Source of the DNA: Podarcis tiliguerta
Lineage: Eukaryota
Assembly (NCBI GenBank): GCA_965153285.1
Contig: OZ229115.1
Direction: 5' to 3' (one strand)
DNA length: 64,000 nucleotides
Position 1 is the stretch's first letter; each line of letters starts with the position of its first letter. Shown piece after piece: positions 24,236 to 38,155 of the stretch. The notes under the pieces were generated by a model. The model saw only the letters and a list, made by a program, of their open reading frames with translations. It made no database searches and was not told the origin of the DNA. The translations under genes were made by a program, and so were the position numbers.

Positions 24236-27200
24236 AGCAGAAAGAAAACAATGTCAGTTAATATTAACAATAAGAATACTCCATAAAATATAATTTAAAC
24301 ATATGGATTAATATAAAATGCCCATATGTGCGAACAGATATCCAAACAAGACTGGCAATTATAAAATGTATGTTCAAATGTAAAAAAGGCAGTATGATCT
24401 TCAGATCACTGAGTAATGAGTGGTGGGTCTTTAACCTTCCAATCTTGAATACAAATCTCTTTGCAACTATAGGGGGTCAAAGGATTGACTTTTGTTGTTC
24501 ATCTGTTAGTTACCACATCACAGGAATATAATTTAGAAGTGCATAAATATCAATAAATATCAAGGCTTTTTCCAAAGAAAAGTAAATACGAACAACAATT
24601 TCTGACCAAAAAGGCACCACAGGACACACCCTCATCATAAACCTAAAAGAAGTATTATCAGCATTACATCACCAGGATGTATCTGAATGGGTTAGCTGTA
24701 TATCACTAAGGTTTCAACAGATCAGTGAACCACACAATTGTGCAGAGCATGAATGCAATTCATCAATGAGGTTGCTGGACTAGAGTCTACATGTGATAAA
24801 AATGCATTCGGTTCTGCGTTTGGTACTAAAGTTGAAATTGGCAACACTGCACCATCATCGTGTGACATACCAGATGGACTCTGGCCCAGCAACCTCATTA
24901 GCTAATGCACCCATATGCTCACAGATATACATATACACAGTTATTCATACACCCATAAGGTTTATGAGGTACAATGCATGCAACATTGCACCCCTGCTTC
25001 CTGCCTTCTGCCACAATGGAGACCCAAACAGCACAGATTGCCCAGGACGACAATAAAAGCTATTTTGCTTTGTTTCCATGAGAGCATCCTTTTTGCTCCT
25101 TGTTCAGTCTTAATCAAAGTTATTTTATTACACAGCCTAAGGAGCTGCACCTTCTTGTAGGGCAACTACTGCTACTAATCGTTTATATAGTACCATCAAT
25201 GCTCATGGCATATTCCAGATCAAAGTGAGAGAGATGGATCCCTGTTCTAAAGAGTTTACAGCATAAGATTCAGTGGTAAAATGCAGTTGTCTGACCCAAC
25301 TGAGCGGAAGTCTTAGCAGACAGATATTTGGAGACGGGTGCTTTGGTACACGCCTACATATGGCCTCCCTCCTCCTTGTAACTATGAGGGAGCAAGCACT
25401 TTTGTGGTTACAGGCCCTCAGTGTCCAAAAGACAAATTGAAATGCATGTTATATTTAAGCCTTGCAGCATAGCAAATTGCTCTTCTGTAGTAGGCTTTCC
25501 CGAAGCCACTGCTTTATTCATATGTATCTACCCTTTCCCCATAGACCCTCTACAGTTCTAGTATTTGTCAGTCCCACTACTGCTTCCTCCATCCTGGCCT
25601 GCAAGCACCCTTAGCTCTTCCAAACTTGGACATCACCCTCTGAGAAACAGTATCCTTCTTAAAATACCTTAATTCTGATCCACAGCACCTCTGCTGCTCA
25701 TAAAGACAGCTTTTGACAGCAGCAGAAGGGAAGCCAGTCAACAGCACTCAACCACTATCTCAATGGCTGCCCATCGAGAAGGTTTAAGGGGAGATCTGAT
25801 ATATAAGAACATTCTAATAAAATCCATATCCCCCGGTAGCCCCCGCCAATACAGATCTAGTCAAGGCAAAGAGCACAATAAACTCCCTGCCCTAAGTCCT
25901 AACTAAACTGACAGTTCATGAAGGATACAAGATCGCTCAGTGACATTAAAAATGTCAGCAAGAGGCCGATGCGGTTTGGCAGACGGGAAGCATTTGCAGG
26001 CAGGGGAAAGTAAAACTTGTGACAACGCATCCAGCTATAAGCAGGGCTTGTTCTCATTGCTGCTGATTTCTGCCCACCCTAAGGTCTTGCATTTATCCAG
26101 CCCCTGCATCCATGTATAAGGCTATTGTTAAACTATATGCGGGGGGCGGGGGGGACGGGACCTTTTACATTCAACCTGTTTCTGAACTTGCAACGAAGTC
26201 TAAGAATGCCTTCCAATTCCCACCGGAGTGGCTTCCTAGCTTACACATCCAAGATGGCTTACTGGAAGTACTTGTCAGCTAATGGTGGGAAGCTGGATAG
26301 ATCTTCTGCCTGCAACAGCAGTTGTCATCAGCAGGACACTCAAGGCTACAAGGCATGAATCAGCTTCCTGCCGGTTCCAACTTGGAGAATAGAAAACAAT
26401 GAAGAGAGAAGATGCGGGTGGTCTGGCTTCAACCGAAAGGAGCTCACCAACACAATGTGTTCAGATTAGATGAGGGGGACAGCTTGGGCATTTTTGCTTT
26501 GCTTCTTTGCAGATACACAGTCTAGTATTCTTAAAAAAAAGGTACCGTGTCTCCTTTCCAACCCATGTAGTAAGACTATCTTCTGCTGTTTACTATGCAA
26601 GCATGCCTGTAGCCTACGGTATAGATAAAAAAGACTGTGCTGACCTAACTACCCACACTAGTCTCTAACAAGGTATGCTCATACACAACAGAATCAAGCT
26701 ACAAATGCAGCTAAGTGTGTCTAGTTCCAGGGTTATGACTAAGCTCACGAAGTCAGAACCTATCACTGAGTACTCACCACTTATTCCACCCTATCCTCAT
26801 TAAGATGTAATGATAAGCCATAGCTTATCTTAACCATGGTTTGTTGAACAAGCAAGAAATGGGCTCACAACAAGCCCTCTGTCTTCTCTGTGCATTATCT
26901 GTGTTATCATCTATGATTGGCTATACAGAACACACGTTTTCCCCTCCTTTGAATTTTTCAGCCACTCTCTCTGAAGTTCCCCCACTTCCCCCATTCTTAG
27001 ACACAACCCACAGAGGCTTGCTACCATCTTTTCCTCTCAGACCTCCTGTACAAAAGAGTATCTTGCTACAGGTGTTCTGCTTACAGTCCAGTTGGCTTTT
27101 TTTTACCAAATTTGCTAGCACATCAAAAAGACAATTCATCTGTATGAAAGAGACATGTGAAACTTCTCCATTTGACACTCAACCTTCCAGCACCAGCTCT

Positions 27201-27634
27201 AAAGTATATCTCTTACCTGCTCCCCCATCTTTAGTATTCCAACCTCCTGTCAAATGTATAAGGGAAGATTTTTGCCATTTATTCTCATCTGATGAACCAG
27301 CAAACCCAGACGACTCCTACCCCATTTTACTTCTGACCTGTAAATTAGCAACTCGACTCCCCAACTATGAGCCATATAAACAGAACTAGCTTACTATGGA
27401 CAGGTTATATCAGCAAACACCAGCTTCTATTGCACACCTGAAGACTGCTGAGGTCAGAGGACCAATCTCTGACTTCCACCCCTCCTCAGACTTCACCACC
27501 TGTACCCCCTCATCCAATTATGGTACAGGTTTTGGTTCTTTGTTTATTTGTTTGTCCAGTTGAAGCAACAAAAATACATTAAAACAATCTGATAATCCTG
27601 CTAGCAACCAATCAGTATCAGGGACCTAACATGG

Positions 27635-27721
27635 GGCGGTAGTTAACCAAGTTTTACCAAGTTCATCAAGTTATTTAATTTCAATGGGTCTACTCTAAAT
27701 AAAACTTAGTTGAATACCACC
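27635..27721. mobile_element. Tiny palindromic MITE (87 bp)
   Basis: 22-bp TIR ggcggtagttaaccaagtttta versus the reverse complement of taaaacttagttgaataccacc (18/22 identical). Confidence 0.6.
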
Positions 27722-29551
27722 TGTTATTTCTAAAGTGCTGTGAATTTTTTTTTGCCTAGGTTTGGAGATTTTTCAAGCTTGAGGCTGAAACACTCCTGTC
27801 TCTAGGCAGTTTGGAAAACATGAGGGCTGAGCACTTAGACCATTTCTGCTCTTTCCACATTTTGCAGAACAAGTGAGCTTCTATTTCCTTCTGACAAAGC
27901 CAAGTATGGGTCACCACACTTGACAAGAGAGTGAGTGGTTTTCTAAGTGATGTTAACCCCGGTCTTGTCTGTTTTATCTACATGAGCCCTGATCTCCACT
28001 GCTCTACTGATCCTCTGTCCTGGGGTTTCATGCTGCTCCCATTCCTGCCATACTGAAGCATCATGAATTCTGATCAAACATCAGCACCATGAAGCTATTC
28101 CCTGAAAGAGACATAAAATTTCCCTCTGCCTGCATGTCAAAATGGATTATACATAATAAAGAAAGCAGGCTTCTAACAGTCTGAACCCGATAGCCCAAAA
28201 TGATAGCAAAAAAGACATAATGTATTGTCCCAAGGGCAGGAGGTGCAACACAGCTAAGGGTTTCAGCCAGCTAATATCAAACATCAGCACGCAGAGCGAT
28301 TTGACTTTTTTGTATGTCCATCAACCTGCTGGTTATATCACTGCTATCCATTCACCAGAAGTTTAGTGAACTTCAAATGGCGATCATTAATGGTCACTGA
28401 ACTGCACAACGCCCCAATGTGCTTTCAGATTGCATTTGCAAAAGCCCAGCAATAAGGCAAGAGATTTGCTCTGACAGCAGGAAACCCTTGTCAAGCTCAG
28501 TGAGGAACATGCTGCCAGCCTCCCCCTTGTTACATTCAGGCCCTACCCTGATTTGACAGAACAGAAAATGCTTTTTTATTATTTTTTAAAAAAACTATTA
28601 CCATTCAGAATGCCACTCTTGCTTTCACTTTATTTATTTTTTAAAAAACAGGCAAAACAAAATAGGAAGAGCCAAATTACACGAGCATTTCATAAAGCAA
28701 GCTCCTACATATGGTTTGAAAACACAAAGCTGCTGAATTCAGTGGCAACACTCATGCCATTCATTAACAGAATACAGAAACTGTTTAAAGCATTGTAACA
28801 TTTCCTTGCACAACACTGGGTTTGACTTTTTTGCACCAATTGCCTGTTTCCACTACCTAACTGTCTCTTTATCAACACGGGGGTTGGGGGACGGCCTTTT
28901 CCATGTATGCAATTCTCTTGTATGCCGGGGGAGGGGGGGGTCTCTAGAGAAATACAAAATGCCTGAGTAGTTAATCCATTAGGTTTGAACGAACGAGAGA
29001 GGTATCTGTGCTTAAAGCTCCGGTGGTCATACTGCTAAGCAGTTTGGGTCACATAATTTGGAGCAGGGGAGTTATTGTTTTAAAGGTTTGTACGAAGCAG
29101 AAAGTCTTAAGCAGGTTATTTTTCTATGCACTTTCCAGACTTTTAGCACTGAGAAACAGCTGGCTAATATTCACTGGCGGGCAGGGGGAGGTGAGAGAGA
29201 GAGAGACTTAGAAGCCCGGGTGGGGGGTGGAGCAGGCTTGGATATGCTCCAGCTGACCCAGCCTTTCCCAGAGAGATGCTGAGTTATTATGCATAGAGGT
29301 GCTATGTTAGGGTGGCCACAATGGGATTCTCCTCAGCTGCAGACCATATTCCATCAAGTACAGTAAGACTCTATTAGGGGAGATACAATAGGAACTTCGC
29401 TTCACCCGGCCTCTGAGAAAATAACTCCTCATTTCAATGCAAAACAGCCGTGCTTATTAAATACCTCCTTGAAGGAGCCAAGGAAGGGAGAAGGGGAAAT
29501 GAAGAGGCAGCCAAGGGGTGGTGGGGAAAGGGAGATTTGCAATGAAAGTAC

Positions 29552-29624
29552 CTTTTTGAGATTAATCCACTGTTTGAAGTAATCAGCAACTGGAAGCCCT
29601 AAGTATTGGCATTGTCCAGGTAAC
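29552..29624 (-). CDS. ERI3: ERI3 coding exon (G+LPGQCQYLGLPVADYFKQWINLKK), phase 2/0
   Basis: Acceptor ctctcctctcttacag|G, donor AAG|gtactt; 73 nt; the frame is visible inside ORF 29429..29659; WINLKK is typical of the ERI1 family. Confidence 0.96.
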
Positions 29625-30407
29625 CTGTAAGAGAGGAGAGAGAACAGGTTGGATTCCATTGGAGGAGCCTGACATCACAAAATAAACTTTATTAAACACT
29701 TCTGGTTTTGAGAAAGAGGATAGAAGAAAATGCTCTAGCCTGCATTTCAGAATGGTCCCACACATTTGACAGAGGCCACTCAAACACAGGAGCCCAACCC
29801 AAACCCAAGCTTGGGATGGCTAGACAACAGGCATTATACATCCAAGATACTAGACATTTTCATTGAGGACTTAGAAATTGGCAATATGTCGCCCAAATTT
29901 CACATGCAACCCATGAACATAGCAATCATTTTTAAAAGGTGTGTAGGCCTGGTTAGATTAATCATCTTCAACTAGTGGTTAGTTCCATAAGAAGATTAGC
30001 AAAGCAGCTCAGTATGTTCTGGTGAGCCCGTGGGCATATGACTTTAGGCACATGCCTTGCTTTGGTTGTCCCCACCTATGCTCATGCACACAACAACAGT
30101 CAACTGTGGCTGTATTCGCATGTAACACTAAGCCATGGTTTGCTTTCAACAAACCATAAATTGTTTCACAAATAAACAAACAACCCATAGTTTGCTCCCC
30201 CCAAGCTTGGTATGTTTTTCCAGCCATTCTTGCTTCATGGCTCTCTAATTCGGAAATGTCTGGGGTGGACAAACAAGCCATGGTAAAGCTTTTGGTTTGG
30301 CATTCTGCCCGAACCCATAGTTAAAAGAAGCCATGATTCATAAGCCAACAACAAACCATAGCTTCACATCACAGTTTTTGTCAGAAAGTAAACCATAGTT
30401 AGTCTTC

Positions 30408-30950
30408 AAGATGATCAAGGGACTAGAGCAATTCCCCTAAAACGAAAGGAGGCAACATTTGGGATTTTTTTAAGCTTACAGATAAGGTGAGAGAGCGGGA
30501 ACATGATAGAGGTGTTTAAAATTATGCATAGTGTGAAGAAAGTGGACAGTAAGAGGCATTTGTCCTTCTCTTATAGTACTAGAACTCCCAGCCATACTGT
30601 GAAGCCATACTGTGAACAACAGACAAAAGGAAGTATATCTATACACATAGTTAAACATAGTTAAACTATGGAATTTTCTCCCATAAGATGTAGTGATGAC
30701 CACTAACTTGTACAGCTTTAAAAGAGTAGATAAAACCACGGAGGATAAGGCTAACAAAGGCTACTAGTTGTAATGGCTATGTTCTACATCCACTGTAGGT
30801 GGCTTATGTTTCTGAATGCCAGTTGCTGGGAAATCCCATGTAAGGAGAGCACTTGGGGGCTTCACATAGGCGCCTGGCTGGCCACTGTGAGAATAGAATG
30901 CTTGACCAGATGGGCCTTTGATCTGGTCTATTAGAGTTCTTCTTATGTTT
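30408..30950 (+). mobile_element. CR1 LINE 3' end (degraded)
   Basis: KMIKGLEQ...MIEVFKIMH...VKLWNFLP-like translation, then a 3' UTR ending ttcttcttatgttt; small tandem duplications (agccatactgtga x2, catagttaaa x2). Confidence 0.85.
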
Positions 30951-33933
30951 CTGTATAATTAGTTGATGGTATCCAATTTTAAATGTTTACATGGTTTTAC
31001 TATATATATGTATGGCTGTTATAAACCGGCTTTGACTTTTTTATGAATAGCGGTATACAAATATTTTAACAAATATTTAATGTTCTTATGAACTCAAGTT
31101 GTAATAGATGGAGGGCACAACAAGGCATTGTCTTTGCCAAACTACGCACCCATAAATTATGCTGGTGTTTGCAGCTGGACCCAAAGATGCCAAGATTACC
31201 AGAACTAGGCACACAGAACATGCGGTAAACAGCCAATACATACCTAGGAGATCACAAACCATCCTCACATTTCTATTCTGCAGTAACAACAGTCATCAGA
31301 AAGTTATCAGCAAGAGAGTTATCAATACATTGGCAAAATTAGCTAGGGAACTAAGGACTATATTATAGCTCTACAATCTGTCCCATAGTAAGAACTTGTG
31401 TTCCTCAAACAGCAGGCATGTCCTAAGCCCCACAAGTCCCCCCCTTCTGCTACTGGAAGGGCAAAGAATAGGCATTGTGTCCATTATCTTGGAATGTAGA
31501 TTCATTTGTTCCCAATCAATTTGATTGATATGGGGTAGTTAACAGGTCATAATGCTTATTAATGCTTTGCTAAAGATTTTTAGAGATGCCCTGAATGCTG
31601 GATGGGGTATGAATTAGGCGAACACAGGAAAGACCCAAAATTAATTAAATAAGTGATTAATAGATCCATTTACACATGGTAATTACTGCAATCCAAGCAA
31701 TTGGATATGCAAATAAGGCACGCACTTTGTACCCAGCACTTTGTTGTAAACTCCTACAAAGAAAGAAGGGGTTGGACAGGGCAGGGCAGTGCAGGGCTGG
31801 TTCCCTGGTGTTCGTAGTGTTGCCTCTAAGGGAGCACAATTCAGTGGATCTAGAAACAAGACTTTCACCTACTGTCCGCATCTAGACCTCAATAACATCT
31901 TCCCATACACACATGCTATACTTCGACATAAACATAAGAGTTCTGGGGCAAACTGCTTCCGAACAGAAGTTTTGTAAGGGTCCAAGTTATCCTTATCTTG
32001 AAGTACACACAATTTAGTTACTTTTCCTTCTCAAATAAAAATACTAAAAAGTATGAGCTAGCAAACTATTGCCTTCTAAACTCATACATGTGAATCCAGA
32101 CTGCCTTTGTAAGTACAACTTCACAGTTTAAAGAAGTTACTTCAATAAGGTTATTATTATTGTTGTTGTTATTGGTGACAAGCTGTCATGAGAGTTACTG
32201 TATATACCACCTCCAGGATCAGAGGCAGCATTCTTGCTTTAATTGCTTGTAATATTGTATTATTACACAGATATATTAAACCCAAAAACAAATAGACTAG
32301 CTGCTCTTCATGATCTCCAGCATGACTTTCATTGGTAGGAAGAGCTTCTCTCTTGAGGCCTGGATGGCTTAAAGGACAGGCTTCATTTGCCACTGTGTAT
32401 TCCAAATTCCTACATTATGTTCTGCAGTAGGAAAAAAAGTTCAGCTGCAACCTAAGTACTGTATGTGTCTAAAGAATCTGAATTTTATACATTCTGCTAG
32501 CCATGTAAGAGAAACACACACCCCTGACCACTGAACATCCTATTCACTCTTCTTATATTTTACTCCTGCACATTTTAATTTTCCTCCCAGAGCCGTAAGA
32601 CTGAGAAAATTAAATTTAAAAACTAGAGAGATTTGTGTCAAATTCTAGCCCAGCATAATGTGAGGGAAGGCTTCTAAAATACACAGGGCAGTCTGACGGG
32701 CTGCAGAGGAGAATGATACGCAGATGGAGACAAAATCATGCAGCCCTCTTTCTTCCTTTGAAGCCAACTCTCCTTTCTTTCAACCAGGAAAGAAGAGCCC
32801 AGCTTGGCGGTGATAAACAGCCATGCTTTGGTTATCGCTTTCCTTAAGTTGAGGAGAGGCAGCTAGTGATGGATGGACAGGAATTTGGTTATCAGGCAGG
32901 GCTGTCAGCCAGAGTTGCAGATAGCGCACACACATTTAGCAGGGCATCATTATGCAATGGCATGGAGCTAAAATATGGCCAAGGGTATTGAAAGAATGAA
33001 AGAACAGGATTTAGAAAAAACTAGCAAATTGAGCAACAATAAAGGAGCGCAAGACGAGGACGTTATCGTCCTAGTGACACCTTTTATCTCAGTCTGGTTA
33101 GCGAGAGAAGGGCACAAATTGGTCCTTCCTCCACCATTGTATCCTCTTGTACAAACAGAGGCAGATAAAATGTGTCACCAATGTGATAGCATATCAATTT
33201 AACCCTAATTATCCAGTGGGTCACGCTAAGAAATAAGGGTTTCTCATTTCAACAGGTCCCTCGGTTTCTGCTATGGAGGAGCCACATTAATAACACAGGG
33301 GGGAAGGGGGGGCAACGAGAAAAGGAGGGAGCCTGTAATTGAATTCAGTCACTCAGGTGGTCCTAGTGTATAAAAAATTAATGTACAACTCTCCCAACTA
33401 ATCAGAGGTGGTTAATGTCCATCTGCTTCTGGGTTCAGAAAGTCAGAAGCCCAAGAAAATAGGGCCATTTCCTACATGCTGGATTCATTGATACCGAGCT
33501 GTCTTTTTAAAGAGTCTCCTCCTTTGGAAAAGATATGGGGAACATTAAATCTTGATATTTATAGACCCAGTCAGGAGGCATTAATAGAACCTCATATGCT
33601 GTCATGTTCTGAAAATATACAGAAAGCTTTGTCACCACTGCTTCAGTAAAGGCCTTTCCGCATGGGTGGTGGAAGGAGAGGAGGTTGTGGAGGTAGTAGA
33701 AGAAAGGGGACAACACTGAGGTCTGCTGCTTTGTGGTCTAAAGATAATTTCTGAACAAAGTTACACCATGTTCTATTTTTATTTACTTATATATTTCAAG
33801 CACCAATGTGCTGCAGTAAAGATGCTTCAGGAAATCTGCCATATTGCTTATAAAGTATGTAAAAGTAAACATGAAAGCAGAGTGACACAACCTCTTCCTC
33901 ACACTTCAGAGGAAAGTCATACATCCCTTATAC

Positions 33934-34231
33934 CAGGCACGTCCAACAGGTAGATCATGATCTACTGGTAGATCACTGGATGTCTGTGATAGATCACTGG
34001 CTCCCCCCAAAGAAGATCAACAACTTTGGCTCCCCTAAAAAAAGCTCAACATTCTTGTCCTGGATCCCAAAGAAAAGGGGCTTTCCTCTCCACTAAATAA
34101 AGCCCTACAACTTTGACCTGAACCCCTAAAAAATGGGGCTTTCTCCTTCCTAAAAAAAAAAAAAAAAAGCTTAACAATTTTGACCTGAACCCCCAATTAG
34201 ATCACGGTCTATTGGGAGTTGGCTGTCCCTG
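33934..34231. mobile_element. hAT-type MITE (298 bp) with internal tandem repeats
   Basis: Perfect 8-bp TSD CCTTATAC at 33926-33933 and 34232-34239; TIRs CAGGCACGTCCAAC / GTTGGCTGTCCCTG. Confidence 0.85.
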
Positions 34232-35953
34232 CCTTATACCATTTAGATGCACTATAAAGTAAGAGAACAAAAACTATGGCCATTCATGTATTCAGACCTA
34301 TAGATGTCTATAGAAACCCAGAAAGCCTAACAATGCAAAAAGCATGTGCTACTCAAATGCGCTGCTATTCCTTAATGCAATAATAATTCTTCACTTCAAT
34401 TTACAGGTGGCATCGTCTTACCCCAGGACAAGTCTTTGGATGGTAATGGAAAATAGCCAGTGAGAAAGGGATACTTTGCCTAGTATAACCAACTGATACA
34501 TAGAAATATTAGATGCAGCTTTTAAGAAAACAAAGAAAAAAGAATGAATCTACTAGTAAGTGCATGATGTTGTGCCAAGCTCTGACCTGGAGCAGGACAT
34601 CAACTCCTCAGAGAACAAAGCAGATCTATCACCAAACAAATAATAAAGAGAGCAAAAAGTGCCCCCCTTTGCCAGCTCTGAAGATCCCTTTCCTGGTTTA
34701 CCAACAGAGGATCTTCTCAAGGCCTCTCAGAGTGGGTGCCATTCTGAGCGTCATCAGATGATCCCCCAGAGGACTCAAAGGGAGAGAACAAATTGCAGGC
34801 ACCTAAAACATCCAAGCCTTCCTGGACTCTACACCACTGGAGCAGAACACATGGTATCCATTGCTGTATACATTAAGCATTTGCCAAATTGAGAATTAGG
34901 CCCTGAATTCAGAGTCTTGATAATCTGATTTTAGTTGCTTTAAAAGCAGGTTTCTAGCCCTCATACAAATGGAGAAAATCTAAAATGTGCCTGTGGCAGA
35001 TCACCACCACTCTAGGTTGTATGTTACAACTGCCACTGTACAACATATTTCCAATTATTTCCAAGCCTCGTGCAGGACTTAATAGCTTGCTGAAAATGTG
35101 ATAAAAAGTCAGTTTTGTGCTCTTCTGAATTGCAGTAAATAAGCTTCAAAGCTCTGCAAAATCACCTAAATGCTTTCTACAAAGAACACTTACTTTTTGC
35201 TCCTGTGTCCCCACAATAGACTTAATTACTTTTTTGAGTCATCTTGGTAGCATCCAAACAGCCAGAGGGGTGGCTGTGGTTCACATTTGCAAGTGACAGC
35301 ATCAGGATGAAATATTCTAGCTTGGAAGTGCTGGGATTAATGCAGCACTCAATTTTCAGACCAACATGAGACAGATCTCCCCTTTTTCTGCCCTCAAATG
35401 TGTCACAGCATAGCCAAACTATACGATGCATGTCAGCCTCACACATCAGTGTGCATGAAGCAGAAACATGAGAAAAAGAAAATGGAAAGGCTCTTCTACT
35501 GTCAATAGAAACTGATGAATTTTTGCTTCTGAAGGGTCGATTGGAGTTGCCTCTTTCTCTCAAAGTTCTACAGTGGAAAAAGTCACCTGAGCAAACAGTC
35601 AAAGACCTATTTAGCTTCTTGCCCTGGAATTCCTCAAGTGGGCATAGATCCAGGCGATGCCCAGAAATTCACTAATGCAACAAGAAAGTCACCACCTCAG
35701 TCTGCTCAGGTTCCCTCACACATAAATCGTCTAGTCTCAACTCCCCGGCTCACGAGCGCCACACTTCTAACTTTACAAGCATTCTTCACATCCCCCATCA
35801 CTTTGTAAGCCCTCAAACTGAAAAACCATTAATGGCAACAGCCTTAGTGCACAACATGAAGGTCAGTGAAAGTTTTGCCTGCAAATGTCAACCTGTCACC
35901 TCTAAATATTAATGAGGGCTGACCAGCAGCAAAAATGCATCCATGCTCCGTTA

Positions 35954-36153
35954 NNNNNNNNNNNNNNNNNNNNNNNNNNNNNNNNNNNNNNNNNNNNNNN
36001 NNNNNNNNNNNNNNNNNNNNNNNNNNNNNNNNNNNNNNNNNNNNNNNNNNNNNNNNNNNNNNNNNNNNNNNNNNNNNNNNNNNNNNNNNNNNNNNNNNNN
36101 NNNNNNNNNNNNNNNNNNNNNNNNNNNNNNNNNNNNNNNNNNNNNNNNNNNNN
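35954..36153. other. Assembly gap (200 N)
   Basis: Run of N. Confidence 1.
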
Positions 36154-37061
36154 AAGGTAACCATTTCCAGTATAAACTCCACACACAAAAGTGTGATATA
36201 CACCAAAACAGAAATACCTAATTCAAAGACCTATTGACATGAACTGGATATTGCTTCTTAACTTGTACTTACAGCATATTTGCTAATGACTGCTTTCCTC
36301 TATTTTAAGCGTCGTCTTTGCATCTACTTTGTAAATGTGCCTGGAGTTCTAGTTAAAACAACAAGCACAATACCGAAAAATAAAAATAAGAGGTCAAGGA
36401 AACAAGTAACCTGAGATATGGACTATCTGCAGCAGGGGTAGCCAACACAGTATGCAGCAGATACTGTTGGACTATAATTCCCATCAACTTTAACCATTGG
36501 ACATACTGGCTCGGAACACCACATAGGCTACCCCGGCTCCCATTCAGAACAGACATTAAAGGTTCTTTGTACAACATGGGATTAACAGCAATTCAAACTC
36601 CTTTTGGCCAGGTTGGGGTGAGATGGGGTGAGTGGATTGAGGAAAGGCATCTCTTCATCTAGCCCTGCTGATCTCCACCAGTACAGAGCTTCTGCTTCTG
36701 CCCTTGGGTTCCCCCTGGTGGCAGCCAGCAAAAAGTCCTCCAGTTAGATGTCCTGGGGGCCAGCCCCACTGCCATTAATTACATGACAGCTTTGCAATCT
36801 CCCTTTCACATCTACCACCCATCCCAGTCGGCATGTTTTGCAGGGATGCAAATGCAACAGTGTCCTCAGCACTCCTATAAAGCCTCACCAGGCAACAGCC
36901 AGGGTTAGGATTGCAACGTAAGTCTCTGAATGTTATTTTTTTAAAGTCTCTGAACTTTGAATTCTTTTCAGAGAACATTTTGTACTTGGGAACCTCAGTT
37001 TCTATAATTATTCCACTAAAGTGGATTCAGCAAACTTTCAGATTTTCAGAGGATCAGAGTT

Positions 37062-37220
37062 TCAGGATTCAGGAAAAGCAAAAGGAAGAACTTCTTCACA
37101 CAATGCATAGTTAAGCAACTGAATTTGCTACCACAAGATGGTAACCATCTTGGAAGGCTTGGAAGGGTTCAAGCAAATTTGTGGAAGATAAGGCTCCCAA
37201 TGGCTCCTAGTCGCAATGTC
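37062..37220 (+). mobile_element. CR1 LINE 3' fragment
   Basis: aaaggaagaacttcttcacacaatgcatagttaa...ggaagataaggct matches the CR1 copies at 30408 and 52215. Confidence 0.6.
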
Positions 37221-37558
37221 TAGTATGTCTTGGAATAAGCTTTCCTTCACAAGCAGGATGACTTGAATTTTACATTTTTTAAAAAAGTTAAAGTTCTTAG
37301 GAAATAGATAACAGGGATTTCTTCCTATGTGTGTGCTTTTCTTTTTATTTTACTACAGTTTTAAAAATTGTTTTATCTTGTCTCTACTACAGCTTTTTAT
37401 TGGCTGCTTTTACTGACTTATCTTAATTCATTTTGTTGTTTTACTTTTATTGCTTATTTTGTACACCACTGTGAATAAATTTTCATGCAGAAAAGCAGGA
37501 TGTAAATAACATGAAATAAGACAAATCTTTCCTGTAATACCGGAGAACGCCAACTTAT

Positions 37559-37731
37559 GAACCTAGGAAGTTGCCTTACACAGAGTCAGACCATCTAGGT
37601 CAGTACTGTCTACGATGGCTGGGAACAACTCTCTTGGAAGAGGGTTTTCCCAGCCATCTCTGGAAATACTGAGGGTTGAACCTGGGACCTTTTGCATGCA
37701 AAGCATGCGCTCCATCACGGAGCAACAGTCT
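37559..37731 (-). mobile_element. tRNA-derived SINE (Squam3-type)
   Basis: Minus strand: gagcgcatgctttgcatgcaaaaggtcccaggttcaaccc head and gtagacagtactgacctagatgg-tctgactctgtgtaaggcaacttcctaggttc tail. Confidence 0.8.
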
Positions 37732-38155
37732 TGCACCCAGCTCTTGCATCTTAAACAGAACTATACATAAGCTGCACATAAAATATTCAATAATTCTGTG
37801 CCATGGTAACTCAATCTGTGCACCAAAAATCTGCAATATTCTGCAAGACAGACATTCTACATTATGCATTTTCTTAATTTTGATCATTTAACTCTGCTCC
37901 TGCTGATCATGGAGAATGGATAACAGTTATGCAGGGGACTACTGTCTTGTCAGCTGACCATCAGAAATTCTGCTTGACACCATTTCCTGTACAAGAGAGT
38001 TCATTAAGCAGTCCCTACATGTTTTCAAGCCTATCTTCACAACTGTGAGAGCTAGATTTGCTTTTTTATTTTATTTTTAAGTGAGATAAGATCTTCAGTA
38101 TACCAAGTGGTACACCAGGATACCAAGGTTAGCAGTCACATAATGGACAGAAAAG

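Noticed and set aside
26841-27389. 182-aa plus-strand ORF
   Set aside because: TTG start, no recognisable domain, composition driven by C/T richness, antisense within an intron.
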